NCBI RefSeq assembly: GCF_001194135.2
Contig: NC_068986.1
Span: forward strand, 73,670,292-73,724,185
DNA length: 53,894 bases
Direction: 5' to 3'
DNA from: Octopus bimaculoides
Taxonomy: Eukaryota
The notes under the pieces were generated by a model. It saw nothing but the letters and a program-made list of their open reading frames with translations. It did not search any database and was not told the DNA's origin. Shown piece after piece: positions 23,955-36,639 of this stretch (the stretch's first letter is position 1; each line of letters begins with the position of its first letter). The position numbers were made by a program, and so were the translations under genes.

Positions 23955-24450
23955 CTAGCTGAATAGCTTGTCGTTGCCAGGCAATTTTTACAATAGAATG
24001 TCTTATATAAATTGTTATTTGTTCCATATCAGACCATGCCTTCCCTGACAGATAAACCTCTAAATCAGGACAGATTTGTGAAGTTTTTCTCCAAAAAACT
24101 TCGTTGAGGATTTATTTCCCTTTTAAATTATTTACATGTCTGTTCGACCATTTCACATGACTTTATTCATTAAGACTTCAGAAGTTCTTACAACTTTGGT
24201 TGTCGTAATGCTTTACATTTGTTTATGCAGAAAATGCCAGATTCCAAATCTTGTTTTCTGATTAAGTAAAATTGATTAAACTTTAAACCTTAGTAACATT
24301 TTCCTGGAACAAATAAATAAAAAAATCGAACGTAACGTGGAAAATTATTTCAATATACCAAATTTGAAAATGTTCATGTTATTTTAAAAATCTCATATGT
24401 CATAGCAACAGGGAAAACCCCAAAAAAGTAGAGAGACAGACAGTTATAGA
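23955..24450 (-). mobile_element. Short Helitron-like element
   Basis: Minus-strand 3' end cctggcaacgacaag-ctattcag-CTAG-T (CTAG at 23955-23958), the same style as 261-288. 5' region has tctataactgtctgtc. Confidence 0.5.
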
Positions 24451-24723
24451 ATATGACTCTCTCTCTCACACACACACACACACGCACGCACGCACGCACA
24501 TTTAGAAATGTACACAAATATAATCACGAGTTTAAAATGTGTATAGTAGACATATTCATGTATGTATGTATGTATATATAGGAATGTGTGTGTGTGTCTG
24601 TGTGTGTGTGTGCGTGTTTGTGTCTGTGTGTGTGTCTGTGTGTGAGTGTTTCTTTGCGATGGACAGCAGAAAAGCCACCTACCCCCTCTCTCCTTAAAGC
24701 TACATATTCCTCACACACACTTT

Positions 24724-24787
<64 letters not shown>

Positions 24788-25018
24788 TTATGTATTTATG
24801 AAAGAATGTATGCTGATTCACGTGTATATTACAGCTGTAGTAACATTATCATCCCATTTTCACCGCAGCTCTTGCTTTCGGTGATATAAGTTACCCTCTT
24901 TTTGTTCTACCTTTCTCTCAGACTAATACTGGGGTCGATTTACTTGACTAAAGGCAGTGCTCCAGCATGGCCGCAATCAAATGACTGAAACAAGTAAAAG
25001 AGTAAAAGTGTAAAAGAG

Positions 25019-25049
<31 letters not shown>

Positions 25050-25429
25050 TACAGAAGGCTTTTTTATAGTTTCTTTCAGCCAAATTCACTTACATGGCAT
25101 CGGTCAGGTCAGTCCTATAGTAGAAGACACTGGTCCAAGTTGCACTGGACACAAAGTCACATGGTTGCAAAGTGAACTTCTTTACTACACAGTCATGTAT
25201 GCACCGTCTGTTTGCCTGATTAAGAAAGAATACCGGCTGATTACTTATGTAACCTTGGATTGAAAGTATGTTGAAGTATGGCTGTGGATTGAAAGTATGA
25301 TTTGGTATTGAAATTCCAATCTCTGATGAGGGAGCTTCTATGTGATCATGTAAAGTGGGGTAATTAATTGTGTGTGTGTTTGAGAATGTATATTACTGTT
25401 GTAGCTTACGTCCTGATCAAGTAGACCTA

Positions 25430-25615
25430 TGAAGAGGTGCTGGAAAGTTTCTAGCTTCCGATAAAAGAAAATACATGAGGATCAGTTAATTATGATTTTA
25501 TTCAACACATTCCCCTCTCATTGCAGCAGTCCTTCAGTTTTTCTAAGCCCTGTGAAAGAATTCAGAAGAGTGGGCCTCCAACCAGGCCTTTCACAACACC
25601 CTTAAATCCTCCTTG
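25430..25615. mobile_element. Mariner-derived MITE with one TIR partly deleted
   Basis: Inverted homolog of 51345-51564, flanked by TA. Confidence 0.85.
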
Positions 25616-26502
25616 TACAATCAAAGACATCCGAGCCATGACCATTTCAACATTGCTCACTCAGTATATCTAAGAACACATAACCAAATATGTTATTCCT
25701 GGTTTAAGATGGTAGAATTTAACTTGAAGGAGATTCGGCTGCTATTTCTAGCAGATCAAAAGACTCTATAAAGATACCTGTACCTTTGTTGGCTCCTCCT
25801 GTGTAATTGAGCACAACACTGTTACCATGAGTAAACTAATGGAAGCATATATATATAAGTAACTTTTACTGTAAAAATAATGGAACAAAATAGATTTCTT
25901 CAGACATATCAACTTCCTCATCTGCCAAACATCAGATTTTCTCTTGCATGAAATATATTAACTCTGCAAACATTTCCCAGATTACAGATCCTGTATTTAT
26001 TTATTTTATTTTACCGTATTTTTTCTACTGTTATGTTAGACATAGTTGTTGTTGTTGTTGTTGTTAGTATTGTTGTTTTTGATGTTCCAAGAGATAGATG
26101 CAGTTGTTGCACTTGTTAGTCTGTTTTTTTAAATGTATTTTTTTTAAGGTTGTATGTATAAATTTAGTTTCACTTCCTCCTCCTCACTCCACCTCTTGTT
26201 CCATGACCACATGCCTTCCTCCTCAATGCATCAGAAATATTCCAGATAATTCTATCATCATTTCAAAGGAACTTAAAAGACCAAAATTATTGCATTTACT
26301 TTGATCACCAGACTTATGCTAGACAGCACAACACAAGTGAGAAATACAATGTAATATATATCGTGTGTGTGTGTGTGTGTGTGTGTGTACTTTGGATAGG
26401 AACTTTCCAGGTGCAGAAATCCATGCTCAGTCATGACCACACAAAGATCTATAATGTATTAGAATACATAAAATGATGTATTATGTATAAGATTTTATAT
26501 AG

Positions 26503-26625
26503 CAGGCATGGCTGTGTGGTAAGAAGCTTGCTTCCCAACCACATGGTTCTGGGTTCAGTCCCATTGCATGGCACCTTGGACAAGTGTCTTCCACTATAAC
26601 CTCTGACTGACCGAAGCCTTGTGAG
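26503..26625 (+). mobile_element. SINE family A, 5' module
   Basis: gcaggcatggctgtgtggtaagaagcttgcttcccaaccacatggttctgggttcagtccc...gccttgtgag. Confidence 0.9.
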
Positions 26626-26861
26626 TTTAACACAAAATTTCACATTAGCTTTTTGTTCCAACTTATTGTCCATGACAAAAATCGCAGACTACAGCATACA
26701 TGTGATCACAAAAACACAAATTTCATAACTTGTGAAGTAAACACAACAATGTCACTTGGCTCACTGCCTCATGAAGGTCACTGCTAGCTCACACTGCACA
26801 TGCAACTGTGTGCTGCCATCTGTTGTCATGCTACAAAAGTAGTCCAGGAACTTTTTGATAC
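26626..26861 (-). mobile_element. Mariner 5' fragment (TIR plus transposase N-terminus)
   Basis: TIR-like gtatcaaaaagttcctggact. Translates MDNKLEQKANVKFCVKL (cf. mariner EQRxNIKFCxKLGK). Confidence 0.8.
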
Positions 26862-26974
26862 AAGTACAGACACACAAATATGCACACACTCATACACATC
26901 ATTGTAATAGTTAGTATTTGGTTAAACATGCAGTATATGTATTTTAGACACACACAGATTTTCATACACTTTTT

Positions 26975-27295
26975 TTTTACTTGTTTCAGTCATTAGACTG
27001 AACTCTAGTCAAACAAATCAATCCAGTATTTGTTATTTTTAAGCCTGGTGCTTATTCTCTTGTTCCCTTTCACAGAACTGCTCAGTGACAGGAATGTAAA
27101 CAAACTAACACCGGTTATCAAAGCAGTGGTGCAGGACAAACACACACAATGAGCTTCTTTCAGTTTCTGTCTGCCAAATCCACTCACAAGGCTTTGGTCA
27201 GCCTGAGGCTATAGCAGAAGATACTTGTCCAAGGTGCCACTGAACCTTCAACCATATGGTTTGGAAGCAAGCTTCTTATCACATAGCCACACATA
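26975..27295 (-). mobile_element. SINE family A
   Basis: Reverse complement of the A head, body and tail. Confidence 0.88.
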
Positions 27296-27616
27296 TCTTT
27301 ATAGCTCTTTGGTATGGTTCATGGCCAGTTACATGATACATTTGTTCATTGTGCTTTTGACTATAAACAGCTGTTGCTTGGAAAGCAGGGCTTGGTTATG
27401 TGGTAGATTGATTCTACTGTACAACAGATGTTAGTTTCATTCTTACCAAGCAGAACCTTTCCAGTTTCAATAAACTTCCCTGGTACAAAAAAAAAAGCAA
27501 CAACAACAACAAAACAAAACAAAATAAATGAACAAACAAACATTTAAATACATAAATTCTGCCTATTGAAAATAAACATTACATACATTCACATGCCTTC
27601 AAGTAGATGTCTCTCT

Positions 27617-27648
<32 letters not shown>

Positions 27649-27785
27649 ATCATATTTGCACATAAGGGATAATTGATGTTAGTTGGTTTATTTATAGGAG
27701 GTAGGGGGAGAGAGAGAGAGTGGGGGAGAGGTGCTCTGTTATTCTATATTCTTCCTACCTTCCTTCATCTCTACCAGAATAATCT

Positions 27786-27866
27786 ATGTCTGATGTTGTC
27801 CAAATACTTTTAGTCAGAACACTAAGATTGATAACCTTGTGTATATTACAAATAACAGTGTCTTGT
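27786..27866 (+). CDS. Probable first coding exon of the host gene (secreted or membrane protein), MSDVVQILLVRTLRLITLCILQITVSC
   Basis: Exon 27778-27866. Long AG-free pyrimidine tract ending ctctaccag|, in-frame TAA 6 nt before the ATG, 27 open codons, phase-0 donor TGT|GTAAGT. The peptide has a basic n-region, a hydrophobic core and a V-x-C end like a signal peptide. Lies in repeat-poor DNA. Confidence 0.6.
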
Positions 27867-28395
27867 GTAAGTGGTTTCCTTCATGTTGATAGCTGAGGGC
27901 AATGTTTTTCAAAGGTATTGTCAGTGCATGCTTGTTAGGGTCCCACAGGTGTAAGATCATCAACGTTATAAGTGTATTATCTGATATTTAATGCTAACAC
28001 ATTATAAACTTAAAGCATCGATGGGATGAAAATATACTTCTGAGAGATCTGGAATATAAACTCACAATGATACAGATCATAATGCTTTATACATACATAT
28101 GTGTGTATGTATATATATATATNNNNNNNNNNNNNNNNNNNNNNNNNNNNNNNNNNNNNNNNNNNNNNNNNNNNNNNNNNNNNNNNNNNNNNNNNNNNNN
28201 NNNNNNNNNNNNNNNNNNNNNNNNNNNNNNNNNNNNNNNNNNNNNNNNNNNNNNNNNNNNNNNNNNNNNNNNNNNNNNNNNNNNNNNNNNNNNNNNNNNN
28301 NNNNNNNNNNNNNNNNNNNNNNNNNNNNNNNNNNNNNNNNNNNNNNNNATACATATGTGTGTATGTATATATATATATATATATATGCATTTCAA

Positions 28396-29232
28396 TAAAC
28401 ATATCTGTATATGTTTATTGAAAATAAATATTTAAAAGCCTCGAGCAAATGCATTAGATTGCTCATATATTGTTACGCCAAATTTTATTTCAATATAAAT
28501 TATATTTTGATATTACATAGTTTTGTTGTTATTGGTTTGTTGCATGCTAAAACATTTCCATGGAATTCATGAAAATTACATCTGAAGGCAACTGACTTTT
28601 AGTTTTCTCAGAGAAGATTTGGTTAGTCATAGATACAAGCTGCCCAGTGAGAATTCTGAACAGACATTTCAAGTTTTATCAATATATGACAAGAGACTCG
28701 ATTGTTTGTCTACAGCACTCAGAATGGCTTGCTGACCTTCGGACGATCAATTCAGTGGGGAGTTTATACAGCGCTTGGGAATTGAGTGTATGGGGAAGAG
28801 AAGTACTGTATGAATATGAAAGGAAATGTATCTAAGACACACACACACACACACACACATACAAGCACATCCACCCATATATACACACACAAATATATAT
28901 TTTGGCATATTAAAAACATGACTTTATTCAAGTTTTGGCTGCTTTTTTTATGGACCATATATGTATTTATATGTATACATATATAATATTCATTGTTTTA
29001 CATCCACTCCTCTGTATTGCCAATAACTGGGTGGGTTGTTTGAGGCAGTATTTTATGGTATATTGCTTTCTTGATGCCAACCCTTTTAGTTGCCTCTTAT
29101 GATATGAAAGGATATAGAATACTGCATATATTNNNNNNNNNNNNNNNNNNNNNNNNNNNNNNNNNNNNNNNNNNNNNNNNNNNNNNNNNNNNNNNNNNNN
29201 NNNNNNNNNNNNNNNNNNNNNNNNNNNNNNNN

Positions 29233-29268
<36 letters not shown>

Positions 29269-30330
29269 GTGCATGTGTGTGTATGAGAGAGAGAGAGAGG
29301 TGGGGGTTGTAAACTGAATTATGGTGGACACCGACTTTCATACTAAATTCATCAATTTATTCATTACTCTCATCTTGTTTACTGCATCTTAGTGGAACCC
29401 TCCCAAGTCATTCATCTACCCCAACCTTCCATAGCAACTATCAGGTTACAGAATTTGAGACTGTGTCAAAAGCCTTCTTGATTAAAAAACACTTTGTATA
29501 TAGTTACTTACATGTGTGGTTTTCCATACATCATCTTGTGATGCACCTGGATGCATCATAAGTGATGTTTCTTAGGATCAATGGGTGCTTTTCAACAATT
29601 AGATATCATTACTCAGGTGATTCATCTAGTGTTGATAAAGCTCTAGCTTGTGTACGGTTTGCACTGCCCCAGGTAATACTACTCATTCTAGGGTTTACAC
29701 TTCTTTATCTACAATTACTTTGAAGACACCTCTGGTGCCTCCATAGTTAACTATTTTATCTAGTTATTCCCATGATGCCCCACATCACAAGTCTAGGCCC
29801 TGCAGAGCAACTGGCATGCAAGCCCTCTGTACCCCACCTTGTTTGCTATTCATTGTTTTGGCATAACTCTACCAGTTTAATGTATGTTGTTCTCATCCTC
29901 TGCAGAGGCTTTATATATATATCCTTTTTTATTTATATTAAGGGCATTACTATACATAAATGCCTCACACTAGGAGGGACTCTTAAAGTCAAAACTACCA
30001 TAATAAATGGTAGTTTTGATTTTAAAAGTCCCTCCTAGCATGAGGCATTTATGTATAGTAATGCCCTTAATATGAATAAATATATTTATAGAGAATAATT
30101 AATAAATTTTTCCCTTGTGAGATTTTTCATGCTAACTACTTGATAAATTCTTATAAAGATTTTATCCTATATTTAAATTATATATATATAAACATATCTG
30201 TAAATAAACATATCTGTATGTGTTTATTGAAAATACATATTTTAAAGCCTAGAGCAAAGGCATTACATGGCTAATATATTGTTACACCAAATTTTATCTC
30301 AGTATAAATTATATTTTGATGTAACATAGT
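28396..30330 (+). repeat. Direct repeat pair of about 125 bp (28396-28521 and 30205-30330)
   Basis: taaacatatctgtat.tgtttattgaaaata.atattt.aaagcct.gagcaaa.gcatta...aattatattttgat.t.acatag in both copies. Confidence 0.85.
29928..30080. repeat. Near-perfect inverted repeat, 74-bp arms, 5-nt loop
   Basis: Arms 29928-30001 and 30007-30080 with 5 mismatches, all transitions. Confidence 0.97.
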
Positions 30331-30714
30331 ATAATCTTCTCAGACAATGGAGATCTCTAACAGAACCACTGGTTTAGATACTTCTTCATCATGTCTGGCC
30401 TTAGATATGTTGATGTAACAGTTTTTGGAAACTTCAGCTGCTTCTCCATATCAACTTTCAGCTCCTGGTCTTGTGCCATTACTAAGAAGTCCATGGAGGT
30501 GGACCAGCTAGCTGGTGTCATCTTCACACTATTCTTTCTGAAAGCGGTTGTCTTCTTTGGGCAGTGTTACTTACAATGGCAAAACCCTTTTGTCTTACTT
30601 TTTCTCCATTACAGAAAAGATAAAATAAGTACCAGACCCAAGCACTGGGATCAATATGATTGGGTAAAACCCTTAAAAGTGGTGCTCCATTCTGGTCACA
30701 AGTCAGTGACTTAA

Positions 30715-30937
30715 TCCTTTAGCATCCAGATTACTCTGTCAAATGTAATGCTTATTCAGTCACACTGTTTTGAATCAATCTTGCATTATCTCGTAGCTTT
30801 GAAATTTCAATGATGTGATTATTTATTTTTATAGTAACATTGTATGGTAGGTGTGAGGGGCTGGATCTGGCTGGTGTGAACATAAAACTATAGCTGAATA
30901 TTTTGGGCCTGAAATGGTTGGTCTAAATGCTAAAGGG
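30715..30937. mobile_element. piggyBac-like MITE
   Basis: TTAA|TCCTTTAGCAT ... ATGCTAAAGGG|ATAA. Confidence 0.75.
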
Positions 30938-30961
30938 ATAAACTAGCAAAATAAACTATTA

Positions 30962-31155
30962 TTAAATATTGGCTTCAAATTTTGACACAAGGCCAGCAAT
31001 ATCTAGGAAGTGGAGAAAGTCAATTACATCAACCCTAGTGCCAAAAGGATGAAAGGCAAAATCAGCTTCAGCAAAATTTGAACCCAGGAGGTAAAGATCG
31101 ACAAAATGCCACTAAGCATTTTGCCCAGCATGCTATCAAGTCTGCGAGCTTACCA
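30962..31155 (-). mobile_element. SINE family B variant
   Basis: Same family as the copies at 14016 and 19675. Confidence 0.8.
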
Positions 31156-31209
31156 CATTACCATTATTAAATACAAGCTTAAAAGCCACACTCCATGTGG
31201 ACTTTTAAA

Positions 31210-31560
31210 CTAGCTCCTGTGGTGGGCTAATTAGGCCTGTAGCCCAAAGCTAAAGAGAGCAATAATAATAAAGCATATATTGGTACCATTCCAATATGGT
31301 GTTATTTTAAATTCAGTTGAAATGAAAAACTTGTTAGTTCACAAATTTTAGGGGTTCTTTTAAAATTTGAATTTTCAACTGTTAGCATTTAACAAATCCT
31401 CATCCAGACCTGATCCCAATGCTGGATGTTCAAGAACCAAATGAAGGGCAGATTTTCAATCCTGAGATCATTCTGATTCCGAAAGGGTACAATATGTCTA
31501 TGTAGAGCAAATGTAGACTGAGCTACATGGGTCCTGGACAAAGAGACAGACAAAATTTTG
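31210..31560 (-). mobile_element. Short non-autonomous Helitron, copy 2
   Basis: Minus-strand 3' hairpin GGGCTA...TAGCCC, then 10 nt, then CTAG-T (31210-31213). 5' end abuts a SINE A. Confidence 0.72.
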
Positions 31561-31571
31561 TGTTTATTATT

Positions 31572-31960
31572 ATAGGCGCAGGAGTGGCTGTGTGGTAAGT
31601 AGCTTGCTTACAAACCACATGGTTCCAGGTTTGGGCAAGTGTCTTCTACTATAGCCTCGGGCTGACCAAAGCCTTGTGGGTGGATTTGGTAGACTGAAAC
31701 TGATAGAAGACCGTCGTATATATGTATATATATGTATATGTGTGTGTGTTTGTGTGTCTGTGTTTGTCCCCCTAGCATTGCTTGACAACCAATGCTGGTG
31801 TGTTTATGTCCCCGTAACTTAGTGGTTCGGCAAAAGAGACTGATAGAATAAGTACTAGGCTTACAAAGAATAAGTCCTAGGGTCGATTTGCTCGACTAAA
31901 GGTGGTGCTCCAGCATGGCCGCAGTCAAATGACTGAAACAAGTAAAAGAGTTAAGAGAGT
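31572..31960 (+). mobile_element. SINE family A, well-preserved copy
   Basis: ataggcgcaggagtggctgtgtggtaagtagc ... atgactgaaacaagtaaaagag. Confidence 0.93.
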
Positions 31961-33999
31961 ATAGATTAATCACAAGCTTTCATTACATTCGTACAGAATA
32001 CTCAGTATCTGCAAAGGAAATATTCTATAATATTGACTGAGATACCCTTAAAATGACAGGATGGTCTTAGATGGAATGTCTTTCATCATAGGTTAGCATG
32101 GCAATAGACTGACTAAAGACAAAATTAGTAACTTCTTAATTGATTAATTTTTAAAGATGGCCTGATAAAATCTGGATGTTTGTTTTGTTAAAAGAATTTT
32201 TCCATGAAACAGAATAGAATGTTGATTATAAGAGTTTCAAGTAATGAAGGTCACTACTTCTCTAATGACAAATGCATGTTCTTTGCTGAACAACTGATTC
32301 TCTCAAACGTTGATCAAGAACTTTGGAAGATCTACTTTTCTTTCTCCTCCTCATCATCATTACCATACACTTCTTCTTCTCCATCTTCTCCCTTCTCCAG
32401 CAATTGATTGATTGTTTATATTGAATGAAGACAGGGACAAATCAATATCTTATCCTTGCAATGTCCATCTACTTACCTACACATGCATATTTATTTATCT
32501 ATACACACACACACACACACATACACACACATGATATATATGTACACACACACAATATATATATGTATAAACACATACATATATATCTATATGAGCTTAG
32601 AAATGTATCTAAATATGTGTACATACAGACATATATATATGTGAGTGTGTGTGTGTGTTTGTGTGTCTGTGTCTGAGTATGCATGTGTTTATATACAATT
32701 AGAGTAAGTATGGGTATATAAACAAATTCATAGATTTATTCTCTTTCTTTCTCTTTCTCTCTCTCTGTCACACACAGACACACTCTCTCTCTCTCGTACA
32801 CAAACACACACACACACACACACAAACACAAACACACACTTTTGTTCTGTCTTTGAAGACGATGTCCTGGATTTAATACATTCGGTATATATTTGGTGAG
32901 TCTTCAGGAAAGGCACTGGTATTGTAGTGTTTACAAATTTCATGTAGGATTAAGGAAACACACAGCTAAATGAAGACTTGTGCACACAGTCAATGATGAT
33001 GATGACGACGATGACAGCATTGCCCTTTGAACAAGTTTAGTTGTTCTCTGTAACTATTAATGGCCTCGACTAAGCAAAGATGATTGGATTCACCCATAAA
33101 TGCATATCATTTGCTTTTGTTATTGTTGTTAGTTCTGTTGGTGATCTTACAACCATTGCCATCAATATTGTTATTGTTGTTAACTTGCTGTTTACCATTA
33201 TTATTATGATCAGTTCTGTTAAGCTATTTCTGATGTCTTTATTACTATTCACTCAATTCTACTATCCACTTGATTAAGTCTTTGCAGGATTTAGATTCTT
33301 CCATACTACTGATGGTGGAGAAAATACCATTTTATATGCTGCTTCATGGACAGGAAATCTTAGTTAAATAGAGAGTGGTGGTGGTGGTTGGGAGGAGGGA
33401 AGTAAGTGAGTAAGTGTGTGTGTGTTGTCATGTATTCTTTATTGTGTGTGTGTGTGTGTTTGTTGGTGTATATAAATTCTACATTGAAGTAATTCTGCCT
33501 ATCATCATCATCATCATCATCGTTTAACGTCCGCTTTCCATGCTAGCNNNNNNNNNNNNNNNNNNNNNNNNNNNNNNNNNNNNNNNNNNNNNNNNNNNNN
33601 NNNNNNNNNNNNNNNNNNNNNNNNNNNNNNNNNNNNNNNNNNNNNNNNNNNNNNNNNNNNNNNNNNNNNNNNNNNNNNNNNNNNNNNNNNNNNNNNNNNN
33701 NNNNNNNNNNNNNNNNNNNNNNNNNNNNNNNNNNNNNNNNNNNNNNNNNNNNNNNNNNNNNNNNNNNNNNNNNNNNNNNNNNNNNNNNNNNNNNNNNNNN
33801 NNNNNNNNNNNNNNNNNNNNNNNNNNNNNNNNNNNNNNNNNNNNNNNNNNNNNNNNNNNNNNNNNNNNNNNNNNNNNNNNNNNNNNNNNNNNNNNNNNNN
33901 NNNNNNNNNNNNNNNNNNNNNNNNNNNNNNNNNNNNNNNNNNNNNNNNNNNNNNNNNNNNNNNNNNNNNNNNNNNNNNNNNNATATATATATATATATA

Positions 34000-35253
34000 T
34001 ACTGAACTACAAAAGAAACGTCACACTGTAAAAGATTATATGTTTCAGACATGATCACATGATATTGAAATTATATGGATTTTATCACATTTCTAGGTAA
34101 TTTGACATCAGGAAGATGTCACTGATCCTCAACACCAATCTCTTTCAAAATCACAAGGATTGCATGTAGGGTTTGAACTTGCTCACATTTCATGAACATG
34201 GCAATGCTCACGAATACATCTTTATGAAAAGCATGATGCATATGCAAGAAGTTGTCTCATTGGGTATAAAAGACACCCAAATTTACCAGTCTGTCATTCA
34301 TTTCCCGAATGCAGCAAGCATTCCGAGACTGACGCAACATCAAAGGGAGCAAGCCATCGGATGTCTCCATGCTGGTCAATGTCCATTGGTCATTGCTAAT
34401 GATTTGAACCGCAGTATTTGAACATTTGAGAGTTACAATGGCCCGTCAAGATTGCCACTTGCACCGACAGCACTTGCAGGACTGATTGTGGAGGAGAATG
34501 GAATCAGCTAGGCAGACCATAGAGACTCACCACAGAGCCATTTGTGCAGAGACAGTTCGCCGCTGGCTGAGATCTTTCAATCTGTCTTGTCAATGTCTGG
34601 CTAGGGGCACCGTCCTCACAGATTGTCATTCATGGGCACATCTGCAGTGAGCTCAAAAATGTCAGAACTGGGGATACCAGCAGTGGAGGACTGTAGTCTT
34701 CTCTAACAAAAGTTGATATTGCATTTCTGTGGCAGATGGCAGAGCTAGGGTTTGGAGAAGGGGTGAACGTCAGGCTGATGGCTGTGTGGTGGATAGAGAC
34801 TCATGGGGAGGATAGAGCATCATGGTATGGGGCAGGATTGCACTCCACCAGAAACTTGGACCAGTGGTCTTTCAAAACATCAGCCAAGAGTGGGGCAATG
34901 GTGAAACCACTGCTCGCTACATTGACCAAGTGTTGAGACCTCACATTCTGCCATACTGTGCCTGTCATTGGAATCATGTGTTCCAACGCAATAATGCCCA
35001 TCCCCATACAGCCAGGTTGACAACAGACTTCCTCCAACAGCACGATATCCAGACACTGCCATGATCTGCCTTAAGTTCTGACTTGAACCTCATAGAGCAC
35101 CTGTGGGACAAAATCTGAAGAAACTAAATGACATCTGTCCAAGGCCGACAACTGAAGCATAACTCACGACAAGTTTTAACAGTGTGGCAGTCTGTTCATA
35201 AACACTGGTTTCTATTTAGTATGTGTGCAATGTTTCTTTTGTGGTTCAGTTTA
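34000..35253 (+). mobile_element. Full-length decayed Tc1 (DD34E-type) transposon
   Basis: TIRs actgaactacaaaagaaacg and tgtttcttttgtggttcagt. Transposase from about 34320 (ATT in place of ATG): PRLTQHQREQAIG, VFSNKS, IMVWG, FQRNNAHPHTA, SSDLNLIEHLWD. Stops and frameshifts present. Confidence 0.92.
34265..34271 (+). promoter_or_regulatory. TATA box of the Tc1 transposase promoter
   Basis: TATAAAA about 50 nt upstream of the degenerate start codon. Confidence 0.5.
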
Positions 35254-35265
35254 TACATGTATGTA

Positions 35266-35303
<38 letters not shown>

Positions 35304-36439
35304 GTGTGTATGTGTGTGTGTGTATGTGTGTGTGTGTATGTGTGTATATATATAATTCAAAAGAAAGTAAGAAAATGGAGATATGACATTTAATAAAAAT
35401 TTATTATCTGCAAAAATCTAACATGGTCCCTTACAACTGTTTTAATTAGGCCTAGCAGATTAAATTGTAATTGATAAAATCATGATATCATCCCTTAATG
35501 AAGCTAATTTAATCTCTAATTGAGTCTATATATATGTGTGTGTGTGTGCGTGCGTGTGCATGTATATATATAATATAATATAATATAATATAAAAAACGA
35601 AAAAGTAATTCTGTTTTGTCATATCTATGTATCATGTATCATACAGAATGGCTGTGAAAGTACTTGGTCTTGTGTGTATTAATGTGTGTTTGTGTGTGTG
35701 CATATATCTCTGTTAGTTTCGTCACTGTAGTACTATGAAACTGAGACAGGTTTGCATATGTATGGTATGTATGCATGTACATGTATGTATATGTATGTAT
35801 CTTTTTATGCTTTTCTTTAAATTTTTCCAATGTTCTTTTCCTTTAAACTTCTCAAGCTGGACACTAACAAAGTGGCAAGGGTCTTTTGTTTAAGTCAAGA
35901 CAGCTCTTGGTGGTTTGTGGGCATGTGAATAATTTAGTGCATGCATGTATGAATGCATAAATAAACTTGCATTCATGTTGTGGATGTGCAGATCATTTAA
36001 GTGCATAAATGTGTTAGATTACGTTACATTGCTATTTATGTACATGTATGTATGTATGTATGTATGTATGCATGTATGTATGTATGCTATACGCACATGT
36101 GATTGCGTGCATATGTTCATATCCCCCCAAAATCTAAAATAGATACAATTGAACATTTATAACCTGGATATAAAAACTGTAAGTTTCATATTACTTCTTC
36201 ATATGTTCTCCTTTTCCACAGTTTCTCTCAAAGATTCACCTCATTTGGGAAGCTTAACTCTACACCAAAGCATGGTCTATTGTGTTTGTATAGGGCTGCT
36301 GTTTCTATAGGAATTTTCCCCTTCGTCTTTCAACACGCTAGCATAAAGCCATCCCCCTCAATACTACACCCATTCTCAGTAGTGGGGCTCTTGTCCTGGA
36401 AAGGTTTATAGTGTCATTGACAAAAAAAAACACAAAAGC

Positions 36440-36610
36440 ATTATGTAAAGTGTTTGGCATTAGGAAGGGTGTCCTGCTATAGAAATCATGCTATAGACTT
36501 GGAGCTCAACACACTCTTCTATCCTACTGGATCCTGTCAAACCATCTTACCCATGCCAGCATGGAATATGGACACTAAATGAAAATGATGAAGATGATGA
36601 TGATGATGTA
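36440..36610 (+). mobile_element. Family C short copy
   Basis: gtttggcattaggaagggtgtcc...cccatgccagcatggaatatggacactaaatg...gatgatgat. Confidence 0.8.
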
Positions 36611-36639
36611 GTGTAGAAGATTTTGATGACAATGTTATG

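Noticed and set aside
24041-24115. Acceptor-like site followed by ACCATG and ORF MPSLTDKPLNQDRFVKFFSKKLR
   Set aside because: No donor, an early stop, and it lies within a probable Helitron.
36222-36410. Strong acceptor followed by an open frame of about 60 codons
   Set aside because: The open frame is phase 1 whereas the upstream exon ends in phase 0. The donor is weak and there is no recognisable homology.
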